Source: Candidatus Doudnabacteria bacterium (GTDB lineage Bacteria; Patescibacteriota; Doudnabacteria; UBA920; O2-02-FULL-48-8). Taken from it: a stretch of 64,000 nt of DNA. Position 1 is the first letter of the stretch, and the number at the start of each line of letters is the position of its first letter. The position numbers and the translations under genes were made by a program. Below are positions 27,105 to 34,774 of the stretch, one piece after another. Where the stretch lies: the NCBI GenBank assembly GCA_016186915.1, contig JACPKU010000006.1:80921-144920 (forward strand), given 5' to 3'. Below the pieces are notes generated by a model. That model ran no database searches, was not told the origin of the DNA, and saw only the letters and a list, made by a program, of their open reading frames with translations.

Positions 27105-28476
27105 ATCAGTTTATCTAATCGGTGTCGGCGGGATCGGCATGTCGGCGTTGGCGCGGCTTTTTCTCATGCTCGGCAAACAAGTCAGCGGTTCTGACCAGAT
27201 TGCGTCTTCTGTGACGAAAGATTTGGAGAAAGCCGGTATTAAAGTTAACATCGGACACAAGGTCGATAATTTGGCGCAAGAAGATATGGTAATTTTTTCC
27301 GAAGCTATCACTGATTCTTCTCCGGGCTGGATTGAACTGAATGAAGCGAGAGAGAAAAAGCTGAAAGTTTTAAGCTACGCCAAGGCACTGGGGCTTTTGA
27401 TGGAAGGTCATCACGGCATCGCAGTCAGCGGTACCAACGGCAAATCAACCACAACTGCGCTTTTGGGGTTGATTTTGGAAGCAGGAGGATTGGATCCTAC
27501 TGTGGTGGTCGGCAGCCAGATTTTTTTCGATTCTAAAAAGACTAAGTTTCAGGCTAATGCCCGGCTAGGCAAAAGCAAATATTTTGTGGCTGAAGCAGAC
27601 GAATACCACCGCCACATGCTGGACGTTAAGCCGGAGCTTGCGGTGCTCACCAATATCGAGCTGGACCATCTGGACTATTATAAAAATTTAGCAGAGATTA
27701 AATCAGCGTTTGCGGATTTCGTAAAGTTACTGCCGCCGGACGGCATGGTTATTTACAACGCGGATGACCACGAAACCGTGGAGGCGGCCAGGCAGGCAGA
27801 AGCTCACAAATATACCTACGGCATCCACCATTACGCTGATTTGCAGGCGATCAGGCTTGGGAGCGGCTCAGGGAAGCAAAAATTTGAACTGCAGTATAAC
27901 AACGAAATTTTAGGAGAAGTGAAATTACGAATGCCCGGCCGGTTTAACGTTCTCAATGCTCTGGCCGCGGCTCTGGCCGCTTTGAAGCTGGGCGTGAAAT
28001 TCGATGTCATAAAAAAAACCTTAGAAGAGTTTCGCGGAATTTGGAGAAGGTTTGAGTTGGTGGGGGAGGTAGAAAACACAAAAATAATCTCCGATTATGC
28101 CCACCATCCTACGGCGGTTAAAGAAACCATCCTCGCGTGTCAAGAGTTATATCCTGACAAAAAGATTCTAACAGTGTTCCAGCCGCACCAAAAAAATCGA
28201 ACCCAGAAACTGTTTGCGGAGTTCGTGGACGCGCTGTCTTATGCGCCGGCCTTGATTATTGCAGAGATATATGAAGTGGCGGGGCGCGAACATGGTGAAA
28301 AAATTAGCTCTAAAGATTTGATTAAAGGGTTGGAAAGGTTTAAAATAAACGCTGCGTATGCGAAAGATTTAGCAGAGACGGAAAAGAAAATTAGGGAAAA
28401 GTTAACCGAGTTTGATGTGGTGCTGATTATGGGGGCGGGCGATGTAGACGAGGTGGCGAGGCGATTAGTCTCTTAA
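27085..28476 (+). CDS. murC: UDP-N-acetylmuramate--L-alanine ligase
   Basis: IGVGGIGMSALA, GTNGKSTTT, EADEY, DHLD, DYAHHPT, FQPH, MGAGD. Confidence 0.95.
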   Translation: MNLPNIKSVYLIGVGGIGMSALARLFLMLGKQVSGSDQIASSVTKDLEKAGIKVNIGHKVDNLAQEDMVIFSEAITDSSPGWIELNEAREKKLKVLSYAKALGLLMEGHHGIAVSGTNGKSTTTALLGLILEAGGLDPTVVVGSQIFFDSKKTKFQANARLGKSKYFVAEADEYHRHMLDVKPELAVLTNIELDHLDYYKNLAEIKSAFADFVKLLPPDGMVIYNADDHETVEAARQAEAHKYTYGIHHYADLQAIRLGSGSGKQKFELQYNNEILGEVKLRMPGRFNVLNALAAALAALKLGVKFDVIKKTLEEFRGIWRRFELVGEVENTKIISDYAHHPTAVKETILACQELYPDKKILTVFQPHQKNRTQKLFAEFVDALSYAPALIIAEIYEVAGREHGEKISSKDLIKGLERFKINAAYAKDLAETEKKIREKLTEFDVVLIMGAGDVDEVARRLVS

Positions 28477-28479
28477 TTT

Positions 28480-29397
28480 ATGTCCATAATTGAGGTTAAA
28501 AATTTAAACAAGGCTTACAATGGCACCCAGGCGGTGAGAGGAATTACTTTTAGCGTGGAAAAGGGTGAAATCTACGGCATTTTGGGACCGAACGGCGCGG
28601 GCAAGACCACGACGCTGGAAATTTTAGAGGGGCTGAAAAGCCCGGACAGCGGACAGGCCGAGATGTTTGGCCTGGAGGTGGCCAAAAACAATGGTGGAAT
28701 CAAAAAAAGAATCGGCGTGCAACTGCAGCATAGCGAGTATTTACCAGCTCTTTCTTTGAAAGAATTGCTGGAATTGTTTGCGGCTCTTTATCATAAACGT
28801 GTAGATTCGTCCGAACTTCTGAATTTTGTCGGCTTGGGAAGCAAGGTGAACAGCTACGTCAATGAGTTGTCTGGCGGACAGAAACAAAGATTTACCTTGG
28901 CCAGCGCCTTAGTCAACGAACCAGAAGTCCTTTTTTTAGACGAGCCGACCACTGGGCTGGATCCGAGAGCCAGACGAGACGTCTGGGAACTGATCCGTCA
29001 GATTAATTCAAAAGGGATCACCGTGGTTTTGACCACCCATTATATGGAAGAGGCGGAGTATCTGTGCCACAGAGTGGCGATCATGGAGCAGGGGAAGATT
29101 TTGAAAATTAGCGAGCCGAAGAAACTAATTGAAGAAATAGCCAACACTTCTCAAGTCTCGTTTTTTACCAGCGACAATGTCGAGGAAAGTTGGTGGAAGC
29201 AGGTTCCGGAAGTGGAGAAGGTTTACAGCAATTATCCGAAAGTGATTCTGGAAATCAATTCACTGGATAGTGTTAGCAAAATTTTAAGCGTATTAAAAGC
29301 GCATAATGTGAGCTTCAGCGGATTCAGCCTCAAAACCGCCACTTTAGAAGACGTGTATCTGGATTTAACAGGCAAAGAATTTGAGAGCGAATCATGA
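28480..29397 (+). CDS. ABC transporter ATP-binding protein (ABC-2 exporter type)
   Basis: GPNGAGKTT, LSGGQ, LFLDEPT.GLD, TTHYMEEA. Confidence 0.95.
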   Translation: MSIIEVKNLNKAYNGTQAVRGITFSVEKGEIYGILGPNGAGKTTTLEILEGLKSPDSGQAEMFGLEVAKNNGGIKKRIGVQLQHSEYLPALSLKELLELFAALYHKRVDSSELLNFVGLGSKVNSYVNELSGGQKQRFTLASALVNEPEVLFLDEPTTGLDPRARRDVWELIRQINSKGITVVLTTHYMEEAEYLCHRVAIMEQGKILKISEPKKLIEEIANTSQVSFFTSDNVEESWWKQVPEVEKVYSNYPKVILEINSLDSVSKILSVLKAHNVSFSGFSLKTATLEDVYLDLTGKEFESES

Positions 29398-30134
29398 CGC
29401 TTTGGATATTATTTAAAACTAATTTTAAAATCATAATCCGCGACAAAAAAGGATTTTTTTGGGGCATCATTCTTCCGGCCGGCCTTTACATTGCCTTATC
29501 CATCCTGCCTGTAGACAGTTTAATTAAATTGAATATAAAATATTCCACTTATTTACTGCCTGGAATAATTGCGATGACGATTATGCAAGCGGGTATTTAC
29601 AGTTTGGCTTACTGGATGGTTGATTTAAAATCCCGGGGGGTGGTGAAGCGATTGCAAGTGACCCCGCTTAAGAAAAGTGAATTGATCATCAGTCTGCTTT
29701 TGTCCCGGGCTTTGTATATGCTTATACAGGTGGTATTTTTAACCCTGTTAGGCGTCTTTTTCTTTGGCGCTGATTTTTCGGGCAACTTGCTGTTTCCGTT
29801 TATTTTGACCGTGCTCGGCGGCTTTGTTTTTTTACTATTCGGGCTATTAATCGCTTCTTTTGCCGACACTTATCACGCCGCCGCACCCATGACGGCCGGA
29901 CTGGGCTTGCCGTTTATATTTTTGGGCAATGTCTTTTATCCCTTAGACGCTTTGCCTGCTGTGTTGCAGACAATCGCCAAAGCTTTGCCGTTGAATTATC
30001 TGGCTGAAGGATTCAGAACAGCTTATCTCTCACCCGAAAACCTTGAAATTATTTACAAAGACTTATTTATTCTCTTGGTCTGGGAGGTGGCGATGTTTGT
30101 TTTGACATTGTCCATATTCAAATTCGAAGAATAA
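29394..30134 (+). CDS. ABC-2 type transporter permease
   Basis: About six TM segments, LPGII, G..KRL..TP, FYP...LP; overlaps the ATPase stop. Confidence 0.9.
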   Translation: MTLWILFKTNFKIIIRDKKGFFWGIILPAGLYIALSILPVDSLIKLNIKYSTYLLPGIIAMTIMQAGIYSLAYWMVDLKSRGVVKRLQVTPLKKSELIISLLLSRALYMLIQVVFLTLLGVFFFGADFSGNLLFPFILTVLGGFVFLLFGLLIASFADTYHAAAPMTAGLGLPFIFLGNVFYPLDALPAVLQTIAKALPLNYLAEGFRTAYLSPENLEIIYKDLFILLVWEVAMFVLTLSIFKFEE

Positions 30135-30189
30135 GACGCTTGGTGCTGGTCTGCAAGCAGCCCCTCGCTTAAGAAGTTTAAGGGAGACA

Positions 30190-30218
30190 TTGACGCATGT
30201 ATTAAATAAATTTAAAAT
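30190..30218 (+). promoter_or_regulatory. Sigma70 promoter upstream of hpf
   Basis: TTGACG-17-TAAAAT, with an ATG 7 nt downstream (30225). Confidence 0.7.
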
Positions 30219-30228
30219 AATGGTATGA

Positions 30229-30349
30229 ATCCCGTTAGAAATAGTTATATCTATGCTAAAGCAACGCGATAAATTTTATAAGCACTTCTTGGAATTTATA
30301 ATAATTAATGCGCCGTTCACGTTTAGGCGCAAGCAATTTCTAACGGGAT
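30229..30349. mobile_element. MITE-like CCCGTTAGA element at the hpf start codon
   Basis: 14-bp inverted repeats ATCCCGTTAGAAAT / ATTTCTAACGGGAT; ATGAA present on both sides. Confidence 0.75.
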
Positions 30350-30686
30350 GAAGATAGCCATTAAGGGGACAAATTTACAGCTCACGTCCTCAATCAAGCA
30401 ATACGTGGAAGAGAAAGTCGGCAATTTGGATAAATACCTCAAGCATGTGATTGAGGCCAAGGTGGAACTGGAAAAAGACCGGCACCATCATACCGGAGAT
30501 GTAATGCGCGCAGAAGTGATGCTTGTGCTAGGCAGCAAGATTTTGCGGGCTGACGCCTCCTCCGAAGATATTTTTGCCTCCGTGGATTTAGTAATTCCCA
30601 AGCTCAAAGAACAAATTTCGAAATTTAAGGACAAAAGAGAGACGCTAAAGCGCCGCGGGGCGCGCAGTGCCAAGAAAAAATTCTAA
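30348..30686 (+). CDS. hpf: Ribosome hibernation factor HPF/RaiA (short form)
   Basis: I.IKG.N..LT.SI..YVE.K...L.KY, D...S.D....KL..Q..K.K. Confidence 0.88.
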   Translation: MKIAIKGTNLQLTSSIKQYVEEKVGNLDKYLKHVIEAKVELEKDRHHHTGDVMRAEVMLVLGSKILRADASSEDIFASVDLVIPKLKEQISKFKDKRETLKRRGARSAKKKF

Positions 30687-30746
30687 CAATCCCTTGACAA
30701 TGTTTCTCTTTGCTTTACAATTAACTTGTTTTGCAATTAAGAATTT

Positions 30747-30891
30747 ATAAATTGAACAAGCGCAACAACTTTAAGAAGTTCCCGCCTACGTCCGACTCAA
30801 GCGGACTTCGGCGGACAAGAGTGGATGTGAGTCACTTCGTTAATTAATCTAGGCAGCATAAATTGAACAAGCGCAACAACTTTAAGAAGTT
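30747..30891. repeat. 34-bp direct repeat of the speA start region flanking a REP-like hairpin
   Basis: ATAAATTGAACAAGCGCAACAACTTTAAGAAGTT at 30747-30780 and 30858-30891. Confidence 0.9.
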
Positions 30892-32233
30892 TTGGAAACT
30901 CGGGATGGAAGAGTTCAACACTCAACTTTTTGATTTGAGTCCAACCGGCGACTTGGTAGTCAAAGAGGGTTACTATCAATACAATATCATTGATATTGTC
31001 AAGAAATTCGGCACTCCGACCGAGGTGTTTTTCCCTTATATTTTGGAGAGCCGTTTGCGAGATGTGATTGATCTGTTTAACGCCTTTATTAAAATTCTCG
31101 GCTACAAAGGCAAATTTTACTATCATTACGTAATGAAGGTAAACCAGAACCGGGAATACGTGCTGGCGGCGATTGCGGAAGGAGCGCATATCGAGGTGTC
31201 TTCTGCCAACGAGTTGTTTATAGTTAAGAAGATGTTGGAAAAGGATAAGTTTAACCCGCGGATCAGAGTTACCTGCAACGGGCCAAAAACCGAGCAGTAT
31301 ATCAGATTGATTGAAGAGCTAAGGAGTAAGGGACTGATTGTGGTCCCTGTTATCGAGAACCAAGAGGAATTTGAGCGGCTTAAAAAGTTTAAGGGCGACG
31401 TGGGAGTGAGAGTTGATCTGGATGTGAAGATTAAGGCCCATTTTGATAAAAAATTTAATCACTTCGGCTTCGCCGAAGATGAATTACGCAAGATTGGTAA
31501 AATCAGGAATTTGTCAATTTTACACTATCATATCTCGACTCAGACAGAAACTATTGAAGGTTTTGTGAAGCCGCTTAGGCGCGCGATTAAACTCTACGCC
31601 GATCTGAAGAAACATAACCCCGGTTTGGATACGATTAATTTCGGCGGGGGCTTAGGCGTGCCATTTGAAAAAAACCGGAAATTTTATACCACGAAAAATT
31701 TGGTCAATCAGATCATTAAGAATGCCAAAAAAGAATGCGATAAGTTGGAAGTCAAGCATCCAAACTTAGTATCCGAGTGGGGGAGTTATGTGACAGCACC
31801 TTCTCAGATCACTGTCTTTAAAGTCTTGGCTGAAAAGCAAGTCAACGGTAAGAATAATCTTAAATGGTATTTTGTCGACGGCAGTTTTATCGCGCATCTG
31901 ACTGACACGTGGTCTGTGCTACGGCACAAGTGGCACCTGATTCCCGCAAATCATTTAAATGCGAGGAAGCTGCAGAAAGTCTGGCTGGCAGGATCGACCT
32001 GCGACGCTGACGACCGTTATACCGCAGGAGGCAGTTATATGATGATGCCGAAAATTGAAGAAGGGGACGATTTATATATTGTTGCTTTTGATACAGGAGC
32101 TTACCAGGGGTCTCTCTCGAATAATCACTGTTTGCTTTCCAATCCGGCTTTGGTGGTTTGTCAGAATGGCGAAGCTCGGCTGGCACAGCGTCGCGAAACC
32201 CCGGAGGATGTGGCCAAACAGTTTGGGTGGTGA
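30863..32233 (+). CDS. speA: Fold-type III PLP decarboxylase, probable arginine decarboxylase
   Basis: Y.MKVNQ PLP lysine, CNGPK, HYH, FGGGLG, GSTCD.DD.Y, TGAYQ..L...HCL; operon with agmatinase; start codon uncertain. Confidence 0.8.
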   Translation: MNKRNNFKKFWKLGMEEFNTQLFDLSPTGDLVVKEGYYQYNIIDIVKKFGTPTEVFFPYILESRLRDVIDLFNAFIKILGYKGKFYYHYVMKVNQNREYVLAAIAEGAHIEVSSANELFIVKKMLEKDKFNPRIRVTCNGPKTEQYIRLIEELRSKGLIVVPVIENQEEFERLKKFKGDVGVRVDLDVKIKAHFDKKFNHFGFAEDELRKIGKIRNLSILHYHISTQTETIEGFVKPLRRAIKLYADLKKHNPGLDTINFGGGLGVPFEKNRKFYTTKNLVNQIIKNAKKECDKLEVKHPNLVSEWGSYVTAPSQITVFKVLAEKQVNGKNNLKWYFVDGSFIAHLTDTWSVLRHKWHLIPANHLNARKLQKVWLAGSTCDADDRYTAGGSYMMMPKIEEGDDLYIVAFDTGAYQGSLSNNHCLLSNPALVVCQNGEARLAQRRETPEDVAKQFGW

Positions 32234-32239
32234 AGGCTC

Positions 32240-32360
32240 GCTGTTTATTTTGTGAAAAGACAGCGTCAAATTTTGCTGGACGCAAAATTTGCGCCTAAGC
32301 TCTCGGCCAGCCGCTGGCAAAAGCGGCCGGCCTGCGAGATTCTTTTCAAAAACAAACAGC
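32240..32360. mobile_element. MITE/REP-like element with terminal inverted repeats
   Basis: GCTGTTTATTTTGTGAAAAGA ... TCTTTTCAAAAACAAACAGC; internal GCCTA...TCTCGGCC...GGCCTGCGA core as in 3388-3485. Confidence 0.6.
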
Positions 32361-32433
32361 TCACAGGGGCATGTGGTAGGCTACGCAAGTTAGTTTTTTG
32401 CTAAGTCATCGCTAAATAATTTAGAGGAGTTTT

Positions 32434-33423
32434 ATGGGGCTAATAAGAGATTTTATCAAACACAACTTTCGTCATTTTAACGCCGCCGTTGTCGTGGACG
32501 CCTCGGAAGCTTATATTAAGTTTCTGAATGAGGGCAATAAAATCATGGTCACCCTGGCCGGCGCGATGAGCACGGCAGAGTTGGGCGTGTCGTTGGCCGA
32601 AATGATCCGCCAGAATAAGGTGCACGCAATTACTTGTACCGGCGCTAATTTGGAAGAAGACATTTTTAACCTTGTCGCGCGCAACCACTATGTAAGACTG
32701 CCGCATTATCGCCAGCTCGCTCCCACGGACGAAGTGGAGTTGCTTAACAAGGGACTGAATCGAGTGACCGATACAACGATTCCAGAGGAAGAGGCAATGC
32801 GTCGAATTGAGCGGCAGGTTCTAAAACTATGGAAGCGGGCCGATAAAAAGGGCGAGCGATACTTTCCTTATGAATTTATGTATCAATTGATTCGAGAGGG
32901 ACTGATCCAGGAATTTTATCAAATTGATCCCAAGGATTCTTGGATGGTGGCGGCAAGTGAGAAAAATTTGCCGATTTGGACCCCGGGGTGGGAGGATTCT
33001 ACGCTTGGGAATATTTTTGTAGCTTTAACCAAAGGGCGAGGTAAAAACTATTACGGAGAGAATATTAAGAATATTGGCCTTGTTAAATCCGGACTTGAGG
33101 CCATGGTGACATTGGCTGATTGGTATTTGGAAAATACAAAAGATAAAGAGGTTGGATTTTTTCAAATAGGTGGGGGTATAGCTGGGGATTTTCCGATCTG
33201 TGTAGTACCTATGATTCAGCAAGACCTCAAGATTGACTGCAAGCTTTGGGGATATTTCTGCCAGATTTCGGACTCCACAACTTCTTACGGATCTTATAGC
33301 GGTGCTGTGCCAAATGAAAAAATAACTTGGGGTAAACTGAGTGTGGATACGCCAAGATTTATCATTGAATCAGACGCTACAATCGTAGCGCCTTTGATGT
33401 TTGCGTATATTTTGGACTGGTAA
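32434..33423 (+). CDS. Deoxyhypusine synthase-like protein (probable homospermidine-forming)
   Basis: LAGAMS, TGANLEED, DSTLG, IGGG, GSYSGA.PNEKITWGK, SDATIVAPL. Confidence 0.9.
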   Translation: MGLIRDFIKHNFRHFNAAVVVDASEAYIKFLNEGNKIMVTLAGAMSTAELGVSLAEMIRQNKVHAITCTGANLEEDIFNLVARNHYVRLPHYRQLAPTDEVELLNKGLNRVTDTTIPEEEAMRRIERQVLKLWKRADKKGERYFPYEFMYQLIREGLIQEFYQIDPKDSWMVAASEKNLPIWTPGWEDSTLGNIFVALTKGRGKNYYGENIKNIGLVKSGLEAMVTLADWYLENTKDKEVGFFQIGGGIAGDFPICVVPMIQQDLKIDCKLWGYFCQISDSTTSYGSYSGAVPNEKITWGKLSVDTPRFIIESDATIVAPLMFAYILDW

Positions 33424-33424
33424 T

Positions 33425-34357
33425 ATGTCAAAATTTGATTTTAGAAAAGGGTTTCAACCAATGGGTTTCTTGGGGCCAGAGGCCCTTCCCAAACCTCCGG
33501 TTTTGCCCACATATGAAACTTCTGAAGTGGTGGTTTTGCCATTTGGCTATGAAGGCACGGTGACTTTTGGGCACGGCACGGCCAATGGTCCGAGAGGGTT
33601 GATTGAGGCGTCATATCAGGTTGAGAGTTTTGATGACGAATTGCTTGATGATTACTTTAATCTAGTAAAAATTTGGACAACGCAGCAGCCGGATCTGCCC
33701 ACGGATCCGCTGGAAGCCGTAGCACTGTTGAAAAATTTGGTCCTGCAGTTGTTTGCTGATGGGAAATTCCCCATAGCGATAGGCGGGGAGCACGGTATTA
33801 GTTATGGATACGCTCAAGCGCTGAGCGAAACGTTTAAGGATATCTCGGTTTTGGTTTTTGATTCACATATGGATTTGCACGACCGCTCATCAGGCCGGGA
33901 TTTCAGCCACGCGGCTTGGCTAAAGTATTCTTTAGATTTGTTGAATTTCAAGCAGGCCACTCTCGTGGGTATACGGAATTTCAATAAAAACGAGCACGAA
34001 TTTTGGAAGGCAAATCCGGATAAGATAAAGGTTTTTTTCTCCAAGGACCGCGCCAACTGGAAAATTGAAGAAATTGTACATAGTCTAGGCGATAATGTTT
34101 ATCTAAGTTTTGACATGGATTTTTTTGATTCTTCGGTGATGCCTTCTACAGGCACGCCGGAACCGGGGGGCCCTGGGTGGGACGAAGTTCTGCCTATTCT
34201 ACGAGCGGTTTGCGCCAAGAAAAACATTATTGGCATGGATTTGGTGGAGTTAGCGCCGATCAAAGGGCTGCAGGCCCCGGATTTTTTGGCTGCTAAGCTT
34301 TTGCTGAAAATGATTTTGTATAAGTTCAAGGCTAAGGCTTTAGGTGGTAATAAATAG
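33425..34357 (+). CDS. speB: Agmatinase (ureohydrolase family)
   Basis: GGEH, DSHMD, SHA, SFDMD.FD, TGTPEPGG; ATG at 33425. Confidence 0.88.
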   Translation: MSKFDFRKGFQPMGFLGPEALPKPPVLPTYETSEVVVLPFGYEGTVTFGHGTANGPRGLIEASYQVESFDDELLDDYFNLVKIWTTQQPDLPTDPLEAVALLKNLVLQLFADGKFPIAIGGEHGISYGYAQALSETFKDISVLVFDSHMDLHDRSSGRDFSHAAWLKYSLDLLNFKQATLVGIRNFNKNEHEFWKANPDKIKVFFSKDRANWKIEEIVHSLGDNVYLSFDMDFFDSSVMPSTGTPEPGGPGWDEVLPILRAVCAKKNIIGMDLVELAPIKGLQAPDFLAAKLLLKMILYKFKAKALGGNK

Positions 34358-34513
34358 AAATAAGAAAGCGAGTGATTAGGTTTTTACTATCACGATAGCT
34401 ATTGTGATAGTACTTGTTATGATGATGGGAACGTGTTAACCTCAAAGGATATATACGACGGATAAATACGACGGAAAGTGCGCGGCTGCGAAAAAGACGA
34501 AATGCTGGCTGCG

Positions 34514-34549
34514 TGTTTATATTTATAACGATCGTGAAAAATATAAACA
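34514..34549. repeat. Imperfect 36-bp palindrome centred on CGATCG
   Basis: TGTTTATATTTATAACGA|TCGTGAAAAATATAAACA; homologous to 48584-48619. Confidence 0.8.
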
Positions 34550-34622
34550 GGGGCCTTAGGGCCTTGGCTTTCTTTTTGTGTGCTTTCTTTTTGCGGCGAT
34601 ATTGAGTATAATAAGCAGGTAT

Positions 34623-34774
34623 TATGCCAGGTAGTAGAATTTTATTATATGTTTTGCTCAAGCGAAACATCTAATAAAACCATTGGATAAATTCAGATTA
34701 AATTACTACCGGCATCGCAAATCGAATCCAGATAGATAAATTATCATCTAATCAGACTTTCACTACCTGGTATG
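34623..34774 (+). promoter_or_regulatory. Structured 5' leader / MITE-like element ending at the secA ATG
   Basis: TATG-CCAGGTAGTAGAA ... TTTCACTACCTGG-TATG; homologous to 41129-41277; TATAAT at 34607-34612. Confidence 0.75.
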
